Source of the DNA: Octopus vulgaris
Lineage: Eukaryota
Length of the DNA stretch: 64,000 bases
Direction of reading: 5' to 3'
Assembly: GCA_951406725.2 (NCBI GenBank)
Contig: OX597817.1
Span: forward strand, 13,392,001-13,456,000
Positions 38,462 through 50,657 of the stretch are shown here, piece by piece. A program made the translations under genes and the position numbers. Positions within the stretch are counted from its first letter, which is position 1, and every line of letters begins with the position of its first letter. The notes below the pieces were generated by a model. It saw nothing but the letters and a program-made list of their open reading frames with translations, was not told the origin of the DNA and did no database searches.

Positions 38462-38841
38462 CACTACCGTCAGAAATTAATTAGCACCCTTGATTTGCTC
38501 TTCACTCAAGGTATGTGCTGTCACCTAGTGGCCATATCTCGAACTATTGCTTTGTTGCGAGTTCACTGTTGCGCAGAACGATGACGTAACTTTGTTTGCA
38601 GAGCAGTTTGAGAGTCTACAGCCTTATGATGTTGACATAGCAGTGCAACAACAACTTGGAGTGCGGATGCAGACAAATCTTCCTTTGTTTAATAGATATA
38701 GGTAGCGCCTCGCAAGGACCGAAATCACACCATACTAAGTTTTCTCATCGCGTAAGACGTTTTGAACAGCTCATAGGTTAATTGATTTAACCTATTTAAT
38801 GTAGAAATTTGAGAAGTGCTAATTAATTTCTGACGCAAGTG
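38462..38841. mobile_element. Tc1/mariner-type MITE
   Basis: TIR CACTnnCGTCAGAAATTAATTAGCAC, TA TSD, inserted in a TA-rich microsatellite. Confidence 0.8.
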
Positions 38842-38854
38842 TATATATAATGTT

Positions 38855-38888
<34 letters not shown>

Positions 38889-39038
38889 TGTATGTATGTA
38901 TGTATGTATGTATGTATGTATGTATGTATAGTCTATTGGTTTACTGATGGGTTGAACTAATTCAATCGCTTAATACATTTGATAGTTATGAATTAAGAAT
39001 TTTGAAATGATTTGTCTAATGAGTCTCTTTGAAATGAT

Positions 39039-40150
39039 TGCACGTACAAAACTGCAGAATCTTGCCAATTAGATCGAGCATGCATCTACAAGTCAGTAAT
39101 ATGCGAAACTAAAGTCATCACAAACACACCAAACCAAATCAAACCAAACCAAACCAAACCAAACGATAAAAATAAATGGTTCATTGGTGTATGTAAAGGT
39201 GCATCCAAAATAATGATTTTTATAAACCTGAGTCACAGCATCAAACTGAAGGTTTATAAAAAAAATCAAACCTATTTCTTTATTACCCACAAGGGGCTAA
39301 ACACAGAGGGGACAAACAAGGACAGACATAGGTATTAAGTCGATTACATCGACCCCAGTGCGTAACTGGTACTTAATTTATCGAACCCGAAAGGATGAAA
39401 GGCAAAGTCGACCCCGGCGGAATTTGAACTCAGAACGTAACAGCAGACGAAATACCGCTAAGCATTTCGCCCGGCGTGCTAACGTTTCTGCCAGCTCGCC
39501 GCGAACGGATCGAAGAGATGCAAACTTTGTATAGCAGAAAGAAATCGAAGATCTACAATGGCTATCTAAATTTCAGGACACATATTTAATAGATATTTCC
39601 GTAAAGATTAGTTTATTGTAGCCCTTTGAAAATACCACCAATACCACAATTCACAATCTCCATGCCGACTGAGCAAACTATACTTTCTTTGCCTCTAAAA
39701 TAAAATTTAAAGATCCTATAATTTACATTCTAGAATACACGCTGAACCAATACACTGCATATTTCAACCCCTTTACCTAAATAAACCAGTACCACTAGAG
39801 TCCTTATTAATCTACTTTGACATCCCAATCACCAACAACACACTCACCAGCAATAAATTAAAGCACACGATACAACATACATACATTTAACATTTTCCTA
39901 ATCGGTAATTCTTTAAACTTAATAATCGTTGACGATCCAAGGGACGCAACTTAGGTTTCAATACCGCTTAGATGATCTCCCTTTTAAACAAAAGTAGATT
40001 TACTTAGTAACATTTTTTTTTTTCATACAAAACCACATGTTACAGCCACCTTGAATAAAGTATAACTGAATACAGCCTGAAGATTAGAAAAGGAGACGGA
40101 CAGTTCGGACAGAGCTTAACCAGGCATCTTTCTCTAACATAAAACTTAAG
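39039..40150 (+). mobile_element. Degraded Penelope-like element (GIY-YIG region), interrupted by (ACCAA)n and SINE B
   Basis: CTYKTAESCQLDRACIYKSVICETKV...WFIGVC before the SINE, and NGSKRCKLCIAER at 39504 after it; resembles PLE CxCxxxxxCPLxGxC...YIG...SKRCxLCxxEK. The 3' limit is uncertain. Confidence 0.6.
39273..39502 (-). mobile_element. SINE family B
   Basis: Full copy. Confidence 0.9.
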
Positions 40151-40365
40151 TTGTGTCAAAGATTTTATGATACTATCTAGCTATTGATCTATCTGTCTAT
40201 CTGCCTACCTACCTGCCTACCTACCTACCTATCTGTCTGTCTATTTACCTCTCTATCTAGCTATCCATGTACGTGAGCACGTGTATTTATATATGTACAC
40301 ACACACACACACACACACACACTTATATAATAAGGAAATACATTATACACCCACGTGCAAACATA

Positions 40366-40596
40366 TATTTCTTTACTACCCATAAGGGGCTAAACACAGA
40401 AGGGACAAACAAGGACAGACATAGGTATTAAGTCGATTATATAGACCCCAGTGCGTAACTGGTAGTTAATTTATCGACCCCGAAAAGGTGAAGGGCAAAG
40501 TCAACCTCGGCGGAATTTGAACTCAGAACGTAACGGCAGACGAAATACGGCTACGCATTTCGCCCGGCGTGCTAACGTTGCTGCCAGCTCGCCGCC
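40366..40596 (-). mobile_element. SINE family B
   Basis: Full copy. Confidence 0.9.
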
Positions 40597-40756
40597 TTAT
40601 GTACATATGTACGCGCACGCATGCACGTCTTTCCTAATGGAGACTAGCGGAAAAGTAACGGCTATGGGCGTTTCTGATAGCGATATAAATATCGTATGTG
40701 TAATATACTAAAGCTTTGACTCATAGACTGCAGCAGAATAACATTACTGAGTAATT

Positions 40757-41569
40757 GGATCTTTTCCTTTTGAACGACATATGTCAACACAATTTCTAGT
40801 TAACTAAACACTTTTAAACTTCGTATACTGGTAGAATGTGTTTATAAAACATCATTTTTTCTTGGTTTTATTGAGAAAATTCTATAGTTTGTAAGATATT
40901 TCCACTTTAAAATCGAGCATTTCGGCAATTTTAACCAATCGCTTACCTCCATTTGGGGTGAAAACATTCCGTGCTGTATGAATATGTCCCTCGTTTAAGA
41001 AACAGATTGGGTTTATTTACATTTGCGAAGAAAAAAAGATACTCTTCCCCCACCCCTAACCCTAACCCTAACTCTAACTAACCCTAACCCTAAAACAGAT
41101 TGAAATGCAATAGATCGATACTAGGGTTATAATTATGGGTGACAATTTCATACGACACCGCTACGGAAAACGGGATTTTTTTCTAGCGGTGTCAAATGAA
41201 AATGTCACCCATAATTATAACCCTAGTATCGGTCTATTGCATTTCAATCTGTTTTAGGGTTAGGGTTAGGGTGGGGGTAGGGTATCTTTTTTTTCTTCGC
41301 AAATGTAAATAAACCCAATCTGTTTCTTAAACGAGGGACATATTCATACAGCACGGAATTTTTTCACCCCAAATGGAGGTAAGCGATTGGTTAAAATTGC
41401 CGAAATGCTCGATTTTAAAGTGGAAATATCTTACAAACCACAGAATTTTCTCAATAAAGCCAAGAAAAAAATGATGTTTTATAAACACATTCTACCAGTA
41501 TACGAAGTTTAAAAGTGTTTAGTTAACTAGAAATTGTGTTGAAAACTGCCGTTCAAAAGGAAAAGATCC
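40757..41569. mobile_element. Palindromic (foldback) 813-bp variant of the GGATC-TIR MITE
   Basis: Arms of about 400 bp are reverse complements around a centre near 41165-41180; 8-bp TSD GAGTAATT. Confidence 0.93.
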
Positions 41570-42066
41570 GAGTAATTTCTTCTGAATAAAAACTAATTCC
41601 CTTCAGTTTTAGGAAGCGAAAACTTGAAATTGTGATGTTCTTGCCTCGCTCCAGCCGAAATTTAAAACAAATTTGCGGAGTGGGCTCCGTAAAAAGATAT
41701 TTTTACCCCTTGTTCAATACTTAATTGATGATTTTAAATGCTGATGTGTTTGATGAAAAAAAGACGATGTACATTATGTATAGGGGAGAGTAAATAGCAT
41801 GTCGCAACATTTTTGTATTAGTCCAAAGATATTTGCGGAGTCTGTGAAGTGAGTTTTCATCAGTCGAAAATCAAAACATGCATCGATGTAGGAACATAAA
41901 TTTAGACGTTTATCTGTGGCAAGCATGTTCATAGGTTGGTTCCTTACCTTTAAGTACCCACATTTTGACTCATCAAGTGATGATCAAGTCCCTTTAGCTT
42001 TACGTGGGCTGTCCACACCATCATGTGACAGCCCAGCCAAGTGCAAGTTATATTTCAGTAATGAAG

Positions 42067-42452
42067 TGGAGGCGCAATGGCCCAGTGGTTAGGGCAGCGG
42101 ACTCGCAGTCGTAGGATCGCGGTTTCGATTTCCAGTCCGGGCGTTGTGAGTGTTTATTGAGCGAAAACACCTAAAGCTCCACGAAGCTCCGGCAGGGGAT
42201 GGTGGTGATCCCTGCTGTACTCTTTCACCACAACTTTCTCTCACTATTTCTTCCTGTTTCTGTTGTACCTGTATTTCAAAGGGCCGGCCTTGTCACTCTC
42301 TGTATCACGCTGAATATCCCTGAGAACTACGTTAAGGGTACACGTGTCTGTGGAGTGCCCAGCCACTTACACGTTAATTTCACGAGCAGGCTGTTCCGTT
42401 GATCGGATCAACCGGAACCCTCGTCGTCGTAACCGACAGAGTGCTTCCATCC
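42067..42452 (+). mobile_element. SINE family C
   Basis: Full copy; TSD ATATTTCAGTAAT. Confidence 0.92.
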
Positions 42453-42618
42453 ATATTTCAGTAATATTGCGCTTTAGCCAGAAACAATATCCCTGTCAAG
42501 GGATGATTTTTGAGTACGGAAATCTATCTTTGATTATCAAAACGAAGATTGGCCTATAACTGAACAATTGATCGGCAACAGAAAAGACATTTTTTAAAAA
42601 TCCCGGTTCACTCAGGAT

Positions 42619-43007
42619 GGATGGAAGCACTCCGTCGCTTACGACGACGAGGGTTCCGGTTGATCCGAATCAATGGAACAGCCTGCTCGTGAAATTAACG
42701 TGTAAGTGGCTGAGCACTCCACAGACACGTGCACCCATAACGTAGTTCTCGGGGATATTCAGCGTGACACAAAGAGTGACAAGGCCGGCTCTTTGAAATA
42801 CAGGTACAACAGAAACAGGAAGTAAGAGTGAGAGAAAGTTGTGGTGAAAGAGTACAGCAGGGATCACCACCATCCCCTGTCGGAGCCTCGTGGAGTTTTT
42901 TAGGTGTTTTCGCTCAATAAACACTCACAACACCCGGTCTGGGAATCGAAACCGCGATCCTATGACCGCGAGTCCGCTGCCCTAACCACTGGGCCATTGC
43001 GCCTCCA
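42619..43007 (-). mobile_element. SINE family C
   Basis: Full copy; TSD TCACTCAGGAT. Confidence 0.92.
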
Positions 43008-43399
43008 CATCACTCAGGATAGTTAGAAAATAAAAAGAAAATAGGTTTCTTATTCATCTGACTCTAAAGGGGTGTTTTGTTTCATTTGTTTGCCATTTTC
43101 AAACTTGGAGAACCAGGAGCAGAAGCCATCTATTCTTGATTGCTATAATAAATGGAAATGATTCTAACTCATATAGAACAACACATGAAGATTTTGAGCG
43201 TTGCAATACTGTGCTCGAAGTTAACTGGAAGTGTCGATAGTTTGGTGGTGAAACAACAAACAGAATGCAGAACGTGAGGATGCAAGATCTTTTCTAGAAA
43301 AGGTCATCGAACAATAACATTTTTAGTTGAAGGTGGATTGTCATATCTTGGACATGAAGAGTTCCTGAACTCGCCTTTAAGGAAAAACAACAATGCAAC

Positions 43400-44200
43400 A
43401 GCAAGTGCCTCAATTGGTTGCACGCATCAAGAACTTACTGAAGCAAGCCAGCATGCTCGAGACATTACCAAGGGCGATGGCGAGGCTAAGATCTTGGAAA
43501 AGCCAAGGACCCTCACAAGCATCACCTGACACGTCGGTAAGACGAGCTGTCAATGATGACAAGAACTTCGCCGTTAGCGGCCCAGTCACTCCAAATGTCT
43601 CAAACGCCACAGGCTGGAAAAATAATTCACTCATAAGTCCCGATACTTCATAGTTTTGTTCCGTTCGGCTACGGAAGCAGTGACCCTCCCATTTACCACA
43701 GTATCCAGGATGTGGGAAGGAGCAAAAGAATTACAGACTGTGACGTCCCAGATGAAGCATCTACCTCTTACCCAGGGACAGAGGGTACGGCTACCTGGTC
43801 TCTTCCTATTACTTCTGAATAATGCCGCCGGTTCCGGAACTGAGGATATGTTAACTCGACCCAGGGCTCGCTAAATGGTTAAGTTTAGCTCGGTGTGACG
43901 AGCGAAATGACCAACGTTTAAGCGGCAAGACAGAGCGTGAAGACTTGTAGAGTTGATGGGGCCCACCACAGCGACATCTCAGTCCCTTACAGACGTCAGC
44001 TCTCACTCTGAGTGCGATAGAGGTGCTGAGCTTATCTAGACTGAGTAGACTTCCAATGTTGGACCAAAAGCAAGGTATCAATCCAGTTCTCCGAGAATTT
44101 TGTACTAGCAGAAACTAGGTGACACCTTGAAAACTGATCAGATTGATCAAAGAGAGAGTTGAAACTGGTACCTAAACGCAGATTCTCCCATACTCTCTGC
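43400..44200 (-). mobile_element. CRE-like non-LTR retrotransposon remnant (Zn finger plus restriction-like endonuclease)
   Basis: IALRVRADVCKGLRCRCG; RPGSRTLCPWVRGRCFIWDVTV (decayed RPDG...WDVT); FQPVAFETFGVTGP...LSLAIALGN. Confidence 0.78.
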
Positions 44201-44268
44201 GTTCGTCTGTCTTCAACTGAATTAGTTCATTAGGAAGAATTTTAACGAATCTCACTCAGACGTATTTA

Positions 44269-45555
44269 TCAAGTCATCCCATAAGTTCTGTCCGAGTTTT
44301 GAATAAAGAAAACAAGTGATCAAATGTTACATTTAATTGAAATTTAATCACCAATGTATTTTCCCTGATTATCTATGACTTCCATCTATTTACAAGCTTT
44401 TTAATCCCATCAATGTAAACCTCTTTTGGTTTCAAAGCGAAGAAATCTGAAATGTCAGTTTCGACCTCCTCCTGGCTTGCGAAAATTATGTCCCCCAAAT
44501 GATTCTGTAAACTACGAAACGAATGATAGTCTGAAGGAACAAGGTCGGGAGAATAAGGTGGATGAGGAATTTTTTCCCAACCAAGGACTTCGATCCTCTG
44601 TGATGTGATTTTTGCAGTGTGGGGTCGAGCATTGTCCTGATGAAACATCACTCCTTTTCGATTCCCTAAAGCGGTTTTTTCTTCTTCAAAGCTTGGTTCA
44701 ATCGCTCCAATTGCTGACAGGAGACTTTTGCATTGATTGTTGCATTAGGTGGTAACAATTCAAAGGGAATTACTCCTTTGCAATCCCACCACATAGAGAG
44801 AAGAACCTTTTCCCCCATGAAGTTCTCTTCTCGGTTGTGGTTGAGCTTATTTCCCTTTTACCAAGCCACTGTTTACGACGTTTAACATTTCGATAGAAGA
44901 TCCATTTTTCGTCACCAGTCACGAGTCTATCCAAAAAGAGTGAAATGAGTTCGCGAGAATGGAGAGAAGAGCAGATGTCGACACGGGATTTGCGGTTGCT
45001 TTCAGACAATTCATGAGGCACCCATTTTCCAAGTTTAGGAACCTTTCCAAGTTGTCGAAGATGACGATGAACAGTTGTATGGTTTGAACTAAGCTTTATT
45101 CCCAATTCTTCAACTGATAATGCAGGATTTTCTTTAAGCAATGCCTCAAGGAATTTATCATCAAACTCAACTGGACGTCCTGTTCGATCATCTTCAAGAC
45201 TGATATCTCCACTTCTGAATTTTGCAAACCATCTTCTGCAAGTTCTTTCGTTCAAGCATTCTTTCTTATAAACTGAGTGAATGTTTCGAGTTGCTTCGGC
45301 TGCAGAGTTTCCTTTTTTGTACTCATAAAGCATTATGTGCCTCAAATGGTCTTTGGATACTTCCATGTTAGAAAGGGTTTTAATCAAAGAAATTTTAATT
45401 CTATTATTCTGTAAAATAATATTTAATTAGTTTAAATGTACACAAATGCATTAAAAAAATCATTTTTAATTCCATTAGACATTCTAAAATACTATTAAAT
45501 TTCATTCAATTTAAAAGAAAAGGTAAAATCGGACAGAACTTATGGGATGACCTGA
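44269..45555 (-). mobile_element. Full-length (1287 bp) mariner transposon, DD34D, frameshifted transposase
   Basis: TIR TCA(A/G)GTCATCCCATAAGTTCTGTCCGA, TA TSD; WVPHEL, VTGDEKW, HQDNARPH, HPPYSPDLVPSDY. Confidence 0.95.
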
Positions 45556-46155
45556 TATAATCAGAAAATTAAGATTGATTAATTTTGAGTTACGCTAGCG
45601 AAATGGACGCGGTTTCCAGAACACATAGCATGCCTGTGTAACAGGATGAAAGGTTTGTAATACTGGAGGGGTGCAGTTCTCATCCCCTACATTAAATTAT
45701 TAATCGAAGGAAAAGCTAAGACTTCCGAATATCTTCAACAGTATAAATATTTTATTGTGGATCATGATTTCCTCGACAAGACACTTGTTTCGGACATCCG
45801 TCTGATTTCTACAGAAGACAGTCCATCTACATTGAAGATTGACCTTTTTAACATATAAAAGCTCCTCTCACTATAAAAGCGTTACACCCAGAGGAAAAAA
45901 AATAACGTGGTTTATTAAATTTCAAATAGTGACACTGGTTGTTTATCTAGGTCAGATTTGATCATACACACCTATGGTCAAAAGCATATTTGTTTCAGAC
46001 ACAATGTATATCTAGAACCATACTATCAAATGTATGCTATGAAGATAATAAGGTGAGATCTGGTTACCATTTCCGGCAGGTGAAGCGGCCTCTCAGAGGC
46101 TTCCTCAACTGTTCTAGTTTGCAGGCTTATGCACGGACGGACACGCAAACACAAA

Positions 46156-46593
46156 TCTATTCTCTCTATATATAAACGGCAGTTTGTCTGTCTGTGTGTC
46201 TGTCAGCTTGTACCCTCACCCTGACCACTGCTTTCAACCGATTCTGATGAAACTTGACACACACATAGCCCAATGTCATAATTCAAAACTAACGCAGCGA
46301 AAATTTTGAAAAGTTCCCCCAGTTCTGGAAAAAAATCGATAAATTCGACATGGGGTCGAGAATCTAAGCTTTTTATATGCAACACATTTTCTGTCTAGGG
46401 GACACAACTCGACCTTTTTATCGCCCAAAGGGACAGCTAGGAACATCGTATACACAGAAGTATTCGAGTGAAGAGAAGACATTGCAACCTACACATGCGC
46501 CTTCGTTCCCTAGAGGGAAAGGACTAAATTGGGATTAGTCGTTGCCTACTAGGGGCTCTTACATATCCGGGCAACGCCGGGCTATGCTGCTAG
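46156..46593 (+). mobile_element. Non-autonomous Helitron (family H2) with a RepHel C-terminal remnant
   Basis: A|TC start, CCGGGCAACGCCGGG hairpin, CTAG|T end; TARNIVYTEVFE-stop at 46433-46471. Confidence 0.82.
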
Positions 46594-47049
46594 TGGACAT
46601 TAAATGTATTCAACGAGTGATATTTACGGAATATCTCACCCCTTTCTCTCTCTTTTAAACCACATAGCTTGCATATAAAATCAAGGTCGTCTGCTTGTCA
46701 GACACACGACCTACAGAAGGCTTTTAGACTCGTTCTTTCGGTCATACACTTAAAATGTCACGAGGGGATTCACTTGACGGCCGGAAATCGAAACCGGATC
46801 GCAAACTCGGTTCGTTAAGAACTTATTTCCTTCCCTACCTCTCTCACCACTTACACACACACGCACACACAGATGCACACGCGCACACACACACTCATTT
46901 TCATTAGCACTTAGATATTAATAGCATTGCTGTGTCTTTTCATCGAAGTCACATGTCCATGTTTCTCGTTTCTTTCAATACAATTTCGGTTCTTCTCTTA
47001 TTCGGCAAAAACACTGTCACCTTGCTTGTATGAATTATCTTCCCAGCTT

Positions 47050-47428
47050 CTTTTACCTTTTACTTGTTTCAATCATTTGACTGCGGTCATGCTGGGGCAC
47101 CACCTTGAAAGTACTGTTTTTAGTCGAACAAATCGACTCCCAGGACTTTACATCGGTGTATTTTGCCGAAACGCTAAGTTACGGGGGTCGTAGACACACC
47201 AACATTGGTTGTCAAGCGGTGGTGAGGAACAAACAGACATACACTCATAAATATTTACTCATATATACGACAGGCTTCTTTCGGTTTATGTCTAACAAAT
47301 CCACTAACAAGGCTTTGGTTGGGCCGCGGTTATAGTAGAAGACACTTGCCCAAGGTACCAAAGCAGTGGGACTGAACCCGGAACAATGTGGTCGGCAAGC
47401 AAGCTCTTTATCACACAGCCACGCCTTT
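47050..47428 (-). mobile_element. Diverged SINE family A
   Basis: Reverse complement of the family A head and tail. Confidence 0.8.
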
Positions 47429-47442
47429 GACTGCCTCACTGG

Positions 47443-47443
<1 letters not shown>

Positions 47444-47533
<90 letters not shown>
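47444..47533. repeat. (TA)n microsatellite
   Basis: Direct reading. Confidence 0.95.
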
Positions 47534-47538
<5 letters not shown>

Positions 47539-47619
47539 AAAAAAATAAACAAAAGACGAAGACAGGTGGTGTACAAAACAAACAGATGTATTAGTATAGC
47601 GCTCAGGAATAGAAAAAGT

Positions 47620-47655
47620 CTTTTACGTTTCGAGCCTACGCTCTTCTACAGAAAG
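47620..47655 (-). ncRNA. Minimal type I hammerhead-ribozyme-like motif, copy 1
   Basis: CUUU-CUGUAGA-A-GAGC(GUAG)GCUC-GAAA-C-GUA-AAAG; core deviates from CUGANGA at position 6. Confidence 0.5.
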
Positions 47656-47796
47656 GTACACAGAAAAAACAAGGAGAGAAAAAAATGTGTGTAGTGGCTA
47701 ACGATCTATCATGGCGTCTCATATAATATATATAATCCTCTTAAATTACGTTGATTCATTAGTTTAACGATACTATAGCTCAGGAATAGAAAAAGT

Positions 47797-47832
47797 CTTT
47801 TACGTTTCGAGCCTACGCTCTTCTACAGAAAG
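47797..47832 (-). ncRNA. Minimal type I hammerhead-ribozyme-like motif, copy 2
   Basis: Identical to copy 1, 177 nt away. Confidence 0.5.
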
Positions 47833-48242
47833 GTACACAGAAAAAACAAGGAAAATTATTTAATCTAAATCCACATTAATGGATATGTCAATAATATCTG
47901 TTATGTATATATAAATATACTAATCTTCGTCGACGAAAATTATTTAATCTAAATCCACATTAATGGATATGTCAATAATATCTGTTATGTATATATATAT
48001 TCTGATATATACACCCAAATCTCGCACAGGTATCCAGGGACAAATAATGTATAGTGTGCGGTTTGGCTTATGTGTTTGAAAGGACCGCAAATATGTTCAA
48101 AGTATGTTTTAAAAGATTTCTCTCTCTATCCCCCCACCCTGTCCCCTTTCCCTAAATATGTATACATTCATACATACAAGTCTGCAGGTATACATTGATA
48201 CTTTTTTAGTGGGATACATGTTTATTACACCTATACAAAGGC

Positions 48243-48545
48243 GGTACTACATGAGAACAGTGGTCCCGGCGCGCACTCGCATACTCGCGCTAGCTAGTCA
48301 TGACTAGTTGATCCTTTGCTTTTGTGTGTTATTTACTTTGTTTAAAAAATTATTTACTTTGTGTTTTTGTGTTTAATTTACTTTGTTTAACAAAAATGAT
48401 TTACTTTGTGTAAAAAAATTAATTTATTTTGTGTTTTATTTACTTTGCTAGGTAGTCGTTGTAGGATCGACTACTTACGACTAGCTGGCGCGGATGCGTG
48501 ACTACGCTGGTGCCCGCACCGGGACCACGGTTCTCACGTAGTACC
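48243..48545. mobile_element. GGTAC-TIR MITE (Merlin-like termini) with internal AT-rich tandem repeats
   Basis: TIR GGTACTAC(A/G)TGAGAAC(A/C)GTGGTCCCGG extended by a degenerate arm; TACAAAGGC on both flanks (right copy after a 4-nt TACC stutter); internal ATTTACTTTGT repeats. Confidence 0.82.
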
Positions 48546-48584
48546 TACCTACAAAGGCTGAGAGTGTAAGACTTTGTGTGTACG

Positions 48585-48669
48585 TGGGGTCGATGTAATC
48601 GACTTAATACCTATGTCTGTCCTTGTTTGTCCCCTCTGTGTTTAGCCCCTTGTGGGTAATAAAGAAATA
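48585..48669 (+). mobile_element. SINE family B 3' fragment
   Basis: TGGGGTCGATGTAATCGAC...AAAGAAATA. Confidence 0.8.
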
Positions 48670-48705
48670 TGTATGTACGTACATTTAAGCTAGCTAGCGT
48701 GATAA

Positions 48706-48706
<1 letters not shown>

Positions 48707-48761
<55 letters not shown>

Positions 48762-48766
48762 GTCTA

Positions 48767-48844
<78 letters not shown>
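48707..48844. repeat. (TCTA)n microsatellite
   Basis: Direct reading. Confidence 0.95.
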
Positions 48845-49326
48845 ATTCGTCCAAATATATTTTTTTAGTGTGTGTGCTCTATATTTAAAAATTAATTCGT
48901 GCGATGACATAAAGAAGAAATAAAATGGTAGGGAAGACTACAGAATATGGCGATGCCAATAAGATGCGCACGTGTGTATATATATAAGGCTAGCAGTCAG
49001 AATCGTTCTCACGTCGGCAATTCTTTTTTCTGGCTCTTTGCGTTCCGAGTTCAAATCTCGCCGTAGTTAATAAAATAAAGTCGATAAAATAAAGCATCAG
49101 TTAAGTACTTGGGTCGATGTATTCGACTTGTCCCCACCCCATCAAAATTACTGGCCTCGAAGTATGGTCGATAAATAAGAAAGAAAAAAGTTACTTTTCT
49201 TCCAGTTTGAGGAAACTCCGAAAAATTCCTGGATCAGCAGAAATATACTATATTTGTTACTGAGTATTTTTCCTCCCATTCGTTAAAACTAATGGATAAA
49301 TACGTATATGTGCATGTATATACACA

Positions 49327-50096
<770 letters not shown>

Positions 50097-50519
50097 GTTT
50101 CTCAATTTCTTAGAGAACAAATAGTTTGTCGTATTTTATTACAATAGTTTATACAAATAATAATTTACACTGATTTATTTTTTAATCTTTTAAGCAACAC
50201 CTTCATTGAATTACGTAAATATACAAAATGCTTGATAATCTTTTTCGTCAGGCTTTTAATCATCCGATTACTAAAGGTATCCTTCGTTCGTTTTCCGTTT
50301 CTCTTCTTCGAATTCCAATTTTGGGAAACTATCAGGAAAAAGTAACCGATGGAACCGAGTTAAAGACAATCAGTGAATGTCATTTTCCCATTATAGGTAA
50401 TTCCCCCATCACTAGATAGGTATATTTGAGTTAGATCATTTGTTCTATCGCGCAAACCCGTCGAAATACTCTTGGTAAACCAGCTATTCCTGTTTGCGAT
50501 AAATACCATTGATAGCATT

Positions 50520-50657
50520 ATGTCACGGCCATCCAGCCGACCAGGCAGTACGCCGTCGAGCAGACGCGCCAGTATAAGTCCCTGCAAGGTCACTGCCGCA
50601 AGCATGAAAAACCGGTTCATGCTGTACTTTCATCCCTTGTCTTTCTACTCGCAAAAG
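50520..50657 (+). CDS. GDAP1: GDAP1-family GST-like protein, coding exon 1
   Basis: MSRPSS...FMLYFHPLSFYSQK, then AAG|GTAATG donor. Matches the GDAP1 LYHxxxSFxSQK|V motif. Confidence 0.85.

Noticed and set aside
41054-41277. Head-to-head CCCTAA/TTAGGG as a telomere fusion scar
   Set aside because: Only a few repeats, internal to the MITE, and oriented by the palindrome.
44373-45387. SETMAR-like host gene
   Set aside because: TIRs, TA TSD and frameshifts, and no SET domain; it is a transposon.
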